DNA from: Yuukianura sp. NJ FZ-2021
Taxonomy: Eukaryota
Direction: 5' to 3'
Length of the DNA: 64,000 bases
Assembly (NCBI GenBank): GCA_046563655.1
Contig: CM102287.1
Span: forward strand, 1,612,001 to 1,676,000
In this document: piece by piece, positions 1-13,456 of the stretch
Numbering within the stretch: position 1 is the stretch's first letter
Layout: each line of letters starts with the position of its first letter
Program-made: the position numbers and the translations under genes
Notes under the pieces: model-generated
The model's input: the letters and a program-made list of their open reading frames with translations, nothing else
What the model was told of the DNA's origin: nothing
Databases searched by the model: none

Positions 1-1914
1 CAAAATTGTGATTCCAAAGTAGCCCAGAATGACTTCTTTGTCACTTTTTTTGCGAAAAAATTGAATTTTTGCGAAAAAATTGAATTTTTTTCACCAAAAA
101 TTGAGTTCTAGGCACTTTATATGGTGATCGGACTTAAATTTTCTGATTGCAAAATTGTGATCCAACGTAGCCCAGAATGACTTCTTTGTCACTTTTTTTG
201 CAAAAAAAAATTGAATTTTTCTCTAAAAATTGAGTTCTAGGCACTTTATGTGGTGATCGGACTCAAATTTTCGGATTGCAAAATTGTGATCCAACATAGC
301 CCAGAATGACTCCTTTGTCACTTTTTTTGCGAAAAAATTGAATTTTTTCACCAAAAATTGAGTTCTATGCACTTTATATGGTGATCGGACTTAAATTTAC
401 GCATTGCAAAATTGTGATTCAAAGTAGCCCAGAATGACTTCCTTGTCCCTTTTTTTGCAAAAAAATTGAATTTTTTCACCAAAAATTAAGTTCTAGGCAC
501 TTTATGTGGTGATCGGACTCAAATTTTCGGATTGCAAAATTGTGATCCAACATAGCCCAGAATGACTTCTTTGTCACTTTTTTTGCGAAAAAATTGAATT
601 TTTTGAGAAAAAATTGAATTTTTTCACCAAAAATTGAGTTCTAGGCACTTTATGTGGTGATCGGACTTAAATTTTCGTATTGCAATATTGTGATCCACCA
701 TAGCCCAGAATGACTCCTTTGTCACTTTTTTTGCGAAAAAATTGAATTTTTTCACCAAAAATTGAGTTATAGGCCCTTTATATGGTTATCGGACTTAAAT
801 TTTTGGATTGAAAATTGTGATCCAACGTAGCCCAGAATGACTTTGTCCCTTTTTTTGCAAAAAAATTGAATTTTTTCACCAAAAATTGAGTTCTAGGCAC
901 TTTATGTGGTGATCGGACTCAAATTTTCGGATTGCAAAATTGTGATCCAACGTAGCCCAGAATGACTTCTTTGTCACTTTTTTTGCGAAAAAATTGAATT
1001 TTTTGCGAAAAAAAATTGAATTTTTTCACCAAAAATTGAGTTCTAGGCACTTTATATGGTGATCGGACTTAAATTTTCTGATTGCAAAATTGTGATTCAA
1101 AGTAGCCCAGAATGGCTTCTTTGTCACTTTTTTTGCAAAAAAATTGAATTTTTTCACCAAAAATTGAGTTATAGGCACTATATATGGTTATCGGACCTAA
1201 ATTTTCGGATTGAAAAATTGTGATTCAACGTAGCCCAGAATGACTTTGTCCCTTTTTTTGCAAAAAAATTGAATTTTTTCACCAAAAATTGAGTTCTAGG
1301 CACTTTATGTGGTGATCGGACTCGAATTTTCGGATTGCAAAATTGTGATCCAACATAGCCCAGAATGACTTCTTTGTCACTTTTTTTGCGAAAAAATTGA
1401 ATTTTTTGCGAAAAAATTGAATTTTTCACCAAAAATTGAGTTCTAGGCACTTTATATGGTGATCGGACTTAAATTTTCTGATTGCAATATTGTGATCCAC
1501 CATAGCCCAGAATGACTCCTTTGTCACTTTTTTTGCGAAAAAAATTGAATTTTTTCACCAAAAATTGAGTTATAGCCACTTTATATGGTTATCGGACTTA
1601 AATTTTCGGATTGAAAAATTGTGATCCAACGTAGCCCAGAATGACTTTGTCCCTTTTTTTGCAAAAAAATTGAATTTTTTCACCAAAAATTGAGTTCTAG
1701 GCACTTTATGTGGTGATCGGACTCAAATTTTCGGATTGCAAAATTGTGATCCAACGTAGCCCAGAATGACTTCTTTGTCACTTTTTTTGCGAAAAAATTG
1801 AATTTTTTGCGAAAAATTGAATTTTTTCACCAAAAATTCAGTTCTAGGCACTTTATGTGGTGATCGGACTTAAATTTTCGGATTGCAAAATTGTGATCCA
1901 ACATAGCCCAGAAT

Positions 1915-2197
1915 CAAGGTAAATAGAATACTTATAGGTACGGTCGTTGAAAATTGTTTGTTCAAAACTGAGTTGCTATGGGATTTCTTTGACTCCGAGT
2001 TCACTCATTTACAGTGTTGTTCAAAATTTTCAGCATTTTAGTCTCAATACTTTCGCCGCAAACTTAAAAATAGCTTAAAAACTCGGATGAACCTGTATTT
2101 TCACTCGGAGTGACGTCACTGTGAGTGAAATTGTAAACAGGTAATAAAGATAATAAAGAATCGGTTTTGGTCGCTAAGGCATTTTTGCCGCCCCCTG
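1915..2197. mobile_element. 283-bp non-autonomous insertion A, copy 1 (unclassified, probably DNA-transposon derived)
   Basis: Non-satellite sequence CAAGGTAAATAG...GCCGCCCCCTG flanked by direct repeat GCCCAGAAT (1906-1914, 2198-2206), which occurs once per normal monomer. Confidence 0.85.
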
Positions 2198-2626
2198 GCC
2201 CAGAATGACTTCTTTGTCACTTTTTTGCGAAAATATTCAATTTTTTGCGAAAAAATTGAATTTTTTCACCAAAAATTGAGTTCTAGGCACTTTATGTGGT
2301 AATCGGACTTAAATTTTCGGATTGCAATATTGTGATCCAACGTAGCCCAGAATGACTTTGTCCCTTTTTTTGCAAAAAAATTGAATTTTTTCACCAAAAA
2401 TTGAGTTCTAGGCACTTTATGTGGTGATCGGACTCAAATTTTCGGATTGCAAAATTGTGATCCAACGTAGCCCAGAATGACTTCTTTGTCACTTTTTTTG
2501 CGAAAAAAATTGAATTTTTTGCGAAAAATTGAATTTTTTCACCAAAAATTCAGTTCTAGGCACTTTATGTGGTGATCGGACTTAAATTTTCGGATTGCAA
2601 AATTGTGATCCAACATAGCCCAGAAT

Positions 2627-2909
2627 CAAGGTAAATAGAATACTTATAGGTACGGTCGTTGAAAATTGTTTGTTCAAAACTGAGTTGCTATGGGATTTCT
2701 TTGACTCCGAGTTCACTCATTTACAGTGTTGTTCAAAATTTTCAGCATTTTAGTCTCAATACTTTCGCCGCAAACTTAAAAATAGCTTAAAAACTCGGAT
2801 GAACCTGTATTTTCACTCGGAGTGACGTCACTGTGAGTGAAATTGTAAACAGGTAATAAAGATAATAAAGAATCGGTTTTGGTCGCTAAGGCATTTTTGC
2901 CACCCCCCA
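2627..2909. mobile_element. Insertion A, copy 2
   Basis: Near-identical to copy 1, same site and target duplication; right end variant GCCACCCCCCA. Confidence 0.85.
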
Positions 2910-4089
2910 GCCCAGAATGACTTCTTTGTCACTTTTTTTGCGAAAATATTCAATTTTTTGCGAAAAATTGAATTTTTTCACCAAAAATTGAGTTCTAGGC
3001 ACTTTATGTGGTAATCGGACTTAAATTTTCGGATTGCAATATTGTGATCCACCATAGCCCAGAATGACTCCTTTGTCACTTTTTTTGCGAAAAAATTGAA
3101 TTTTTTCACCAAAAATTGAGTTCTAGGCACTTTATATGGTGATCGGACTTAAATTTTCGGATTGCAAAATTGTGATTCAAAGTAGCCCAGAATGACTTCT
3201 TTGTCACTTTTTTTGCAAAAAAAATTGAATTTTTCCCTAAAAATTGAGTTCTAGGCACTAGGTGATCGGACTAAAATTTTCGGATTGCAAAATTGTGATC
3301 CACCGCAGCCCAGAAGGACTTTGTCACTTTTTTTTGCAAAAAAATTGTATTTTTTCACCAAAAATTGAGTTATAGGCACTTTATGTGGTTATCGGACTTA
3401 AATTTTCGGATTGCAAAATTGTGATTCAAAGTAGCCCAGAATGACTTCTTTGTCACTTTTTTTGCAAAAAAATTGAATTTTTCCCTAAAAATTGAGTTCT
3501 AGGCACTAGGTGATCGGACTAAAATTTTCGGATTGCAAAATTGTGATCCACCGCAGCCCAGAAGGACTTTGTCACTTTTTTTGCAAAAAAATTGTAATTT
3601 TTTCACCAAAAATTGAGTTATAGGCACTTTATGTGGTTATCGGACTTAAATTTTCGGATTGAAAAATTGTGATCCAACGTAGCCCAGAATGACTTTGTCC
3701 CTTTTTTTGCAAAAAAATTGAATTTTTTCACCAAAAATTGAGTTCTAGGCACTTTATGTGGTAATCGGACTTAAATTTTCGGATTGCAATATTGTGATCC
3801 AACGTAGCCCAGAATGACTTTGTCCCTTTTTTTTGCAAAAAAAATTGAATTTTTTCACCAAAAATTGAGTTCTAGGCACTTTATGTGGTGATCGGACTCA
3901 AATTTTCGGATTGCAAAATTGTGATCCAACGTAGCCCAGAATGACTTCTTTGTCACTTTTTTTGCGAAAAAAATTGAATTTTTGCGAAAAATTGAATTTT
4001 TTCACCAAAAATTCAGTTCTAGGCACTTTATGTGGTGATCGGACTTAAATTTTCGGATTGCAAAATTGTGATCCAACATAGCCCAGAAT

Positions 4090-4372
4090 CAAGGTAAATA
4101 GAATACTTATAGGTACGGTCGTTGAAAATTGTTTGTTCAAAACTGAGTTGCTATGGGATTTCTTTGACTCCGAGTTCACTCATTTACAGTGTTGTTCAAA
4201 ATTTTCAGCATTTTAGTCTCAATACTTTCGCCGCAAACTTAAAAATAGCTTAAAAACTCGGATGAACCTGTATTTTCACTCGGAGTGACGTCACTGTGAG
4301 TGAAATTGTAAACAGGTAATAAAGATAATAAAGAATCGGTTTTGGTCGCTAAGGCATTTTTGCCGCCCCCTG
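4090..4372. mobile_element. Insertion A, copy 3
   Basis: Same sequence, site and GCCCAGAAT duplication as copy 1. Confidence 0.85.
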
Positions 4373-5426
4373 GCCCAGAATGACTTCTTTGTCACTTTTT
4401 TGCGAAAATATTCAATTTTTTGCGAAAAAATTGAATTTTTTCACCAAAAATTGAGTTCTAGGCACTTTATGTGGTAATCGGACTTAAATTTTCGGATTGC
4501 AATATTGTGATCCACCATAGCCCAGAATGACTCCTTTGTCACTTTTTTTGCGAAAAAATTGAATTTTTTCACCAAAAATTGAGTTCTAGGCACTTTATAT
4601 GGTGATCGGACTTAAATTTTCGGATTGCAAAATTGTGATTCAAAGTAGCCCAGAATGACTTCTTTGTCACTTTTTTTGCAAAAAAAATTGAATTTTTCCC
4701 TAAAAATTGAGTTCTAGGCACTAGGTGATCGGACTAAAATTTTCGGATTGCAAAATTGTGATCCACCGCAGCCCAGAAGGACTTTGTCACTTTTTTTTGC
4801 AAAAAAATTGTATTTTTTCACCAAAAATTGAGTTATAGGCACTTTATGTGGTTATCGGACTTAAATTTTCGGATTGCAAAATTGTGATTCAAAGTAGCCC
4901 AGAATGACTTCTTTGTCACTTTTTTTGCAAAAAAAATTGAATTTTTCCCTAAAAATTGAGTTCTAGGCACTAGGTGATCGGACTAAAATTTTCGGATTGC
5001 AAAATTGTGATCCACCGCAGCCCAGAAGGACTTTGTCACTTTTTTTGCAAAAAAATTGTATTTTTTCACCAAAAATTGAGTTATAGGCACTTTATGTGGT
5101 TATCGGACTTAAATTTTCGGATTGAAAAATTGTGATCCAACGTAGCCCAGAATGACTTTGTCCCTTTTTTTGCAAAAAAAAATTGAATTTTTCTCTAAAA
5201 ATTGAGTTCTAGGCACTTTATGTGGTGATCGGACTCAAATCTTCGGATTGCAAAATTGTGATCCAACATAGCCCAGAATGACTCCTTTGTCACTTTTTTT
5301 GCGAAAAAATTGAATTTTTTCACCAAAAATTGAGTTCTATGCACTTTATATGGTGATCGGACTTAAATTTACGCATTGCAAAATTGTGATTCAAAGTAGC
5401 CCAGAATGACTTCCTTGTCCCTTTTT

Positions 5427-6383
5427 AGTCTTCTGGAGACGCACGTCTACGACGTGCTGAAGAAGACTATTGATACGACTTTGTCCGTCCGTCCGTCCGT
5501 AACGTTTTTTAGTACCCTTTGCACTGAAACATTACCTCCATTATTGACGGGGTGTCCTGTATCGCTCAAGTGTTTTCATTATGTCTACATTCCACTCAAA
5601 GTGTTATCGTAACAACGTAGAAGTGGGCGGCTACTTTACGTACCCGCAGTATCTTGGCTCCGCAAACCTGTTTTGGTTTCGATTGCACTCAAAGTATTTC
5701 TAAACAACGGAGTTTTGATCTGGTCATTTCCTGACATTTAGTTTAAACGCTTTGTTAAATTTAGCGTTGTTAGAAGGTAGAAATTCCGGCTTAAATTCAT
5801 AATACGTAAGCAGTGCTTGGCAGGGTTCAAGTTTCCCTTTGCCAGAAAATTTTAAGTTTTGATTTTAAATAAGTGATATTCGACGCTATAACTTATGCAC
5901 CTAATTTGACACCTGATGCATGTATTTCAACCGATTTTGACTTCAAAGGAGGGATGTTCGACCCATACTCCTCGGCGTTCAATTTTGTGCATCATGCACA
6001 AAGCTCAATTTCGATATTATTTTGATGCCGTTTGGTTTACGCTGTTTTCGTTAATAGTACATTGCCATGGCAATACAGAAAATTATGTGCATCTTGCTCA
6101 ACAAATTAACAACATCAATTCAGTGCAAATATTTTGGGGCTCAAAACTGAAACATGACTTTGGTGCAATTAAATGGTAGAATTGCCAACCCAATTTTGGT
6201 GCAACGTATGCACAAAATAGGACCACACATCCGCACTGAGTATTTTGAGCGACGCTTTGGTGCATCAACTACATGAAAACGGTTTTACATTATTTTGTTC
6301 ACCAGCGTTAGAGTGATTTAAGTCGTATCAATTGTCCACTCCCTCCAGAAGACCTATGCTCAACCCTTGAGCATTGCCCTACC
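5427..6383 (+). mobile_element. DINE-1/HINE-like non-autonomous Helentron, copy 1
   Basis: Subterminal inverted repeats GTCTTCTGGAG (5428-5438) / CTCCAGAAGAC (6343-6353), (GTCC)4 microsatellite at 5483-5498, 3' stem-loop ATGCTCAA-CCC-TTGAGCAT (6356-6374), both ends embedded in T runs. Confidence 0.85.
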
Positions 6384-9300
6384 TTTTTTTGCAAAAAAAT
6401 TGAATTTTTTCACCAAAAATTAAGTTCTAGGCACTTTATGTGGTGATCGGACTCAAATTTTCGGATTGCAAAATTGTGATCCAACTTAGCCCAGAATGAC
6501 TTCTTTGTCACTTTTTTGCGAAAAAATTGAATTTTTTTGCGAAAAAATTGAATTTTTCACCAAAAATTGAGTTCTAGGCACTTTATGTGGTGATCGGACT
6601 TAAATTTTCGGATTGCAATATTGTGATCCACCATAGCCCAGAATGACTCCTTTGTCACTTTTTTTGCGAAAAAATTGAATTTTTCTCTAAAAATTGAGTT
6701 ATAGGCACTTTATATGGTTATCGGACTTAAATTTTTGGATTGAAAAATTGTGATCCAACGTAGCCCAGAATGACTTTGTCCCTTTTTTTGCAAAAAAATT
6801 GAATTTTTTCACCAAAAATTGAGTTCTAGGCACTTTATGTGGTGATCGGACTCAAATTTTCGGATTGCAAAATTGTGATCCAACGTAGCCCAGAATGACT
6901 TCTTTGTCACTTTTTTTGCGAAAAAATTGAATTTTTTGCGAAAAAATTGAATTTTTTTCACCAAAAATTGAGTTCTAGGCACTTTATATGGTGATCGGAC
7001 TTAAATTTTCTGATTGCAAAATTGTGATTCAAAGTAGCCCAGAATGACTTCTTTGTCACTTTTTTTGCAAAAAAAATTGAATTTTTCCCTAAAAATTGAG
7101 TTCTAGGCACTAGGTGATCGGACTAAAATTTTCGGATTGCAAAATTGTGATCCACCGCAGCCCAGAAGGACTTTGTCACTTTTTTTGCAAAAAAATTGTA
7201 TTTTTTCACCAAAAATTGAGTTCTAGGCACTTTATGCTGTGATGGGACTCAAATTTTCGGATTGCAAAATTGTGATCCAACATAGCCCAGAATGACTTTG
7301 TCCCTTTTTTTTGCAAAAAAATTGAATTTTTCACCAAAAATTGAGTTCTAGGCACTTTATATGGTTATCGGACTTAAATTTTCGGATTGAAAAATTGTGA
7401 TCCAACGTAGCCCAGAATGACTTTGTCCCTTTTTTGCAAAAAAAATTGAATTTTTCTCTAAAAATTGAGTTCTAGGCACTTTATGTGGTGATCGGACTCA
7501 AATCTTCGGATTGCAAAATTGTGATCCAACGTAGCCCAGAATGACTTTGTCCCTTTTTTGCAAAAAAAATTGAATTTTTTCACCAAAAATTGAGTTCTAG
7601 GCACTTTATGTGGTGATCGGACTCAAATTTTCGGATTGCAAAATTGTGATCCAACATAGCCCAGAATGACTTCTTTGTCACTTTTTTTGCGAAAAAATTG
7701 AATTTTTTGCGAAAAAATTGAATTTTTTGCGAAAAAATTGAATTTTTTTCACCAAAAATTGAGTTATAGGCACTTTATATGGTTATCGGACTTAAATTTT
7801 CGGATTGAAAAATTGTGATCCAACGTAGCCCAGAATGACTTTGTCTCTTTTTTTTGCAAAAAAATTGAATTTTTTCACCAAAAATTGAGTTCTAGGCACT
7901 TGATGTGGTGATCGGACTCAAATTTTCGGATTGCAAAATTGTGATTCAAAGTAGCCCAGAATGACTTCTTTGTCACTTTTTTTGCGAAAAAATTGAATTT
8001 TTGCGAAAAAATTGAATTTTTTCACCAAAAATTGAGTTCTAGGCACTTTATGTGGTGATCGGACTCAAATTTTCGGATTGCAAAATTGTGATCCAACATA
8101 GCCCAGAATGACTTTGTCCCTTTTTTTGGGAAAAAATTGAATTTTTTGCGAAAAAATTGAATTTTTTGCGAAAAAATTGAATTTTTTTCACCAAAAATTG
8201 AGTTCTAGGCACTTGATGTGGTGATCGGACTCAAATTTTCGGATTGCAAAATTGTGATTCAAAGTAGCCCAGAATGACTTCTTTGTCACGTTTTTTGCGA
8301 AAAAATTGAATTTTTGCGAAAAAATTGAATTTTTTCACCAAAAATTGAGTTCTAGGCACTTTATGTGGTGATCGGACTTAAATTTTCGGATTGCAATATT
8401 GTGATCCACCATAGCCCAGAATGACTCCTTTGTCACTTTTTTTTGCGAAAAAATTGAATTTTTTCACCAAAAATTGAGTTATAGGCACTTTATATGGTTA
8501 TCGGACTTAAATTTTTGGATTGAAAAATTGTGATCCAACGTAGCCCAGAATGACTTTGTCCCTTTTTTTGCAAAAAAAATTGAATTTTTTCACCAAAAAT
8601 TGAGTTCTAGGCACTTTATGTGGTGATCGGACTCAAATTTTCGGATTGCAAAATTGTGATCCAACGTAGCCCAGAATGACTTCTTTGTCACTTTTTTTGC
8701 AAAAAAATTGAATTTTTTCTCCAAAAATTGAGTTCTAGGCACTTTATGTGGTGATCGGACTCGAATTTTCGGATTGCAAAATTGTGATCCAACATAGCCC
8801 AGAATGACTTCTTTGTCACTTTTTTTGCGAAAAAATTGAATTTTTTGCGAAAAAATTGAATTTTTTCACCAAAAATTGAGTTCTAGGCACTTTATGTGGT
8901 AATCGGACTTAAATTTTCGGATTGCAATATTGTGATCCACCATAGCCCAGAATGACTCCTTTGTCACTTTTTTTGCGAAAAAATTGAATTTTTTCACCAA
9001 AAATTGAGTTCTAGGCACTTTATATGGTGATCGGACTTAAATTTTCGGATTGCAAAATTGTGATTCAAAGTAGCCCAGAATGACTTCTTTGTCACTTTTT
9101 TTGCAAAAAAAATTGAATTTTTTCACCAAAAATTGAGTTCTAGGCACTTTATGAGGTGATCGGACTCGAATTTTCGGATTGCAAAATTGTGATCCACCGC
9201 AGCCCAGAAGGACTTTGTCACTTTTTTTTGCAAAAAAATTGTATTTTTTCACCAAAAATTGAGTTATAGGCACTTTATGTGGTTATCGGACTTAAATTTT

Positions 9301-9735
9301 CGGATTGAAAAATTGTGATCCAACGTAGCCCAGAATGACTTTGTCCCTTTTTTTTGCAAAAAAATTGAATTTTTTCACCAAAAATTGAGTTCTAGGCACT
9401 TTATATGGTTATCGGACTTAAATTTTCGGATTGAAAAATTGTGATCCAACGTAGCCCAGAATGACTTTGTCCCTTTTTTTGCAAAAAAAAATTGAATTTT
9501 TCTCTAAAAATTGAGTTCTAGGCACTTTATGTGGTGATCGGACTCAAATCTTCGGATTGCAAAATTGTGATCCAACATAGCCCAGAATGACTCCTTTGTC
9601 ACTTTTTTTGCGAAAAAATTGAATTTTTTCACCAAAAATTGAGTTCTATGCACTTTATATGGTGATCGGACTTAAATTTACGCATTGCAAAATTGTGATT
9701 CAAAGTAGCCCAGAATGACTTCCTTGTCCCTTTTT

Positions 9736-10692
9736 AGTCTTCTGGAGACGCACGTCTACGACGTGCTGAAGAAGACTATTGATACGACTTTGTCCGTCCG
9801 TCCGTCCGTAACGTTTTTTAGTACCCTTTGCACTGAAACATTACCTCCATTATTGACGGGGTGTCCTGTATCGCTCAAGTGTTTTCATTATGTCTACATT
9901 CCACTCAAAGTGTTATCGTAACAACGTAGAAGTGGGCGGCTACTTTACGTACCCGCAGTATCTTGGCTCCGCAAACCTGTTTTGGTTTCGATTGCACTCA
10001 AAGTATTTCTAAACAACGGAGTTTTGATCTGGTCATTTCCTGACATTTAGTTTAAACGCTTTGTTAAATTTAGCGTTGTTAGAAGGTAGAAATTCCGGCT
10101 TAAATTCATAATACGTAAGCAGTGCTTGGCAGGGTTCAAGTTTCCCTTTGCCAGAAAATTTTAAGTTTTGATTTTAAACAAGTGATATTCGACGCTATAA
10201 CTTATGCACCTAATTTGACACCTGGTGCATGTATTTCAACCGATTTTGACTTCAAAGAAGGGATGTTCGACCCATACTCCTCGGCGTTCAATTTTGTGCA
10301 TCATGCACAAAGCTCAATTTCGATATTATTTTGATGCCGTTTGGTTTACGCTGTTTTCGTTAATAGTACATTGCCATGGCAATACAGAAAATTATGTGCA
10401 TCTTGCTCAACAAATTAACAACATCAATTCAGTGCAAATATTTTGGGGCTCAAAACTGAAACATGACTTTGGTGCAATTAAATGGTAGAATTGCCAACCC
10501 AATTTTGGTGCAACGTATGCACAAAATAGGACCACACATCCGCACTGAGTATTTTGAGCGACGCTTTGGTGCATCAACTACATGAAAACGGTTTTACATT
10601 ATTTTGTTCACCAGCGTTAGAGTGATTTAAGTCGTATCAATTGTCCACTCCCTCCAGAAGACCTATGCTCAACCCTTGAGCATTGCCCTACC
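9736..10692 (+). mobile_element. DINE-1/HINE-like element, copy 2
   Basis: Near-identical to copy 1 (offset 4309 bp) with the same satellite flanks. Confidence 0.85.
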
Positions 10693-12499
10693 TTTTTTTG
10701 CAAAAAAATTGAATTTTTTCACCAAAAATTAAGTTCTAGGCACTTTATGTGGTGATCGGACTCAAATTTTCGGATTGCAAAATTGTGATCCAACATAGCC
10801 CAGAATGACTTCTTTGTCACTTTTTTTGCGAAAAAATTGAATTTTTTTGCGAAAAAATTGAATTTTTTCACCAAAAATTGAGTTCTAGGCACTTTATGTG
10901 GTGATCGGACTTAAATTTTCGGATTGCAATATTGTGATCCACCATAGCCCAGAATGACTCCTTTGTCACTTTTTTTGCGAAAAAATTGAATTTTTCTCTA
11001 AAAATTGAGTTATAGGCACTTTATATGGTTATCGGACTTAAATTTTTGGATTGAAAAATTGTGATCCAACGTAGCCCAGAATGACTTTGTCCCTTTTTTT
11101 GCAAAAAAATTGAATTTTTTCACCAAAAATTGAGTTCTAGGCACTTTATGTGGTGATCGGACTCAAATTTTCGGATTGCAAAATTGTGATCCAACGTAGC
11201 CCAGAATGACTTCTTTGTCACTTTTTTGCGAAAAAATTGAATTTTTTGCGAAAAAATTGAATTTTTCACCAAAAATTGAGTTCTAGGCACTTTATATGGT
11301 GATCGGACTTAAATTTTCTGATTGCAAAATTGTGATTCAAAGTAGCCCAGAATGACTTCTTTGTCACTTTTTTTGCAAAAAAATTGAATTTTTCCCTAAA
11401 AATTGAGTTCTAGGCACTAGGTGATCGGACTAAAATTTTCGGATTGCAAAATTGTGATCCACCGCAGCCCAGAAGGACTTTGTCACTTTTTTTTGCAAAA
11501 AAATTGTATTTTTTCACCAAAAATTGAGTTCTAGGCACTTTATGCTGTGATGGGACTCAAATTTTCGGATTGCAAAATTGTGATCCAACATAGCCCAGAA
11601 TGACTTTGTCCCTTTTTTTTGCAAAAAAATTGAATTTTTTCACCAAAAATTGAGTTCTAGGCACTTTATATGGTTATCGGACTTAAATTTTCGGATTGAA
11701 AAATTGTGATCCAACGTAGCCCAGAATGACTTTGTCCCTTTTTTGCAAAAAAAATTGAATTTTTCTCTAAAAATTGAGTTCTAGGCACTTTATGTGGTGA
11801 TCGGACTCAAATCTTCGGATTGCAAAATTGTGATCCAACGTAGCCCAGAATGACTTTGTCCCTTTTTTTGCAAAAAAATTGAATTTTTTCACCAAAAATT
11901 GAGTTCTAGGCACTTTATGTGGTGATCGGACTCAAATTTTCGGATTGCAAAATTGTGATCCAACATAGCCCAGAATGACTTCTTTGTCACTTTTTTTGCG
12001 AAAAACTTGAATTTTTTGCGAAAAATTTGAATTTTTTCACCAAAAATTGAGTTATAGGCACTTTATATGGTTATCGGACTTAAATTTTCGGATTGAAAAA
12101 TTGTGATCCAACGTAGCCCAGAATGACTTTGTCTCTTTTTTCACCAAAAATTGAGTTCTAGGCACTTTATATGGTTATCGGACTTAAATTTTCGGATTGA
12201 AAAATTGTGATCCAACGTAGCCCAGAATGACTTTGTCCCTTTTTTTGCAAAAAAATTGAATTTTTCTCTAAAAATTGAGTTCTAGGCACTTTATGTGGTG
12301 ATCGGACTCAAATCTTCGGATTGCAAAATTGTGATCCAACATAGCCCAGAATGACTCCTTTGTCACTTTTTTTGCGAAAAAATTGAATTTTTTCACCAAA
12401 AATTGAGTTCTATGCACTTTATATGGTGATCGGACTTAAATTTACGCATTGCAAAATTGTGATTCAAAGTAGCCCAGAATGACTTCCTTGTCCCTTTTT

Positions 12500-13456
12500 A
12501 GTCTTCTGGAGACGCACGTCTACGACGTGCTGAAGAAGACTATTGATACGACTTTGTCCGTCCGTCCGTCCGTAACGTTTTTTAGTACCCTTTGCACTGA
12601 AACATTACCTCCATTATTGACGGGGTGTCCTGTATCGCTCAAGTGTTTTCATTATGTCTACATTCCACTCAAAGTGTTATCGTAACAACGTAGAAGTGGG
12701 CGGCTACTTTACGTACCCGCAGTATCTTGGCTCCGCAAACCTGTTTTGGTTTCGATTGCACTCAAAGTATTTCTAAACAACGGAGTTTTGATCTGGTCAT
12801 TTCCTGACATTTAGTTTAAACGCTTTGTTAAATTTAGCGTTGTTAGAAGGTAGAAATTCCGGCTTAAATTCATAATACGTAAGCAGTGCTTGGCAGGGTT
12901 CAAGTTTCCCTTTGCCAGAAAATTTTAAGTTTTGATTTTAAATAAGTGATATTCGACGCTATAACTTATGCACCTAATTTGACACCTGATGCATGTATTT
13001 CAACCGATTTTGACTTCAAAGGAGGGATGTTCGACCCATACTCCTTGGCGTTCAATTTTGTGCATCATGCACAAAGCTCAATTTCGATATTATTTTGATG
13101 CCGTTTGGTTTACGCTGTTTTCGTTAATAGTACATTGCCATGGCAATACAGAAAATTATGTGCATCTTGCTCAACAAATTAACAACATCAATTCAGTGCA
13201 AATATTTTGGGGCTCAAAACTGAAACATGACTTTGGTGCAATTAAATGGTAGAATTGCCAACCCAATTTTGGTGCAACGTATGCACAAAATAGGACCACA
13301 CATCCGCACTGAGTATTTTGAGCGACGCTTTGGTGCATCAACTACATGAAAACGGTTTTACATTATTTTGTTCACCAGCGTTAGAGTGATTTAAGTCGTA
13401 TCAATTGTCCACTCCCTCCAGAAGACCTATGCTCAACCCTTGAGCATTGCCCTACC
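12500..13456 (+). mobile_element. DINE-1/HINE-like element, copy 3
   Basis: Near-identical to copy 1 (offset 7073 bp) with the same satellite flanks. Confidence 0.85.

Noticed and set aside
2187..2200. CTCF-like motif (CCAGGGGGCG on the minus strand) at the right end of insertion A
   Set aside because: Only a partial match, spanning the junction and altered in some copies; not supportable without a PWM scan.
5406..6179. Short ORFs in the ~960-bp insert (also at 9715-10488 and 12479-13252)
   Set aside because: No recognisable domain; one begins in satellite sequence; their recurrence reflects DNA duplication.
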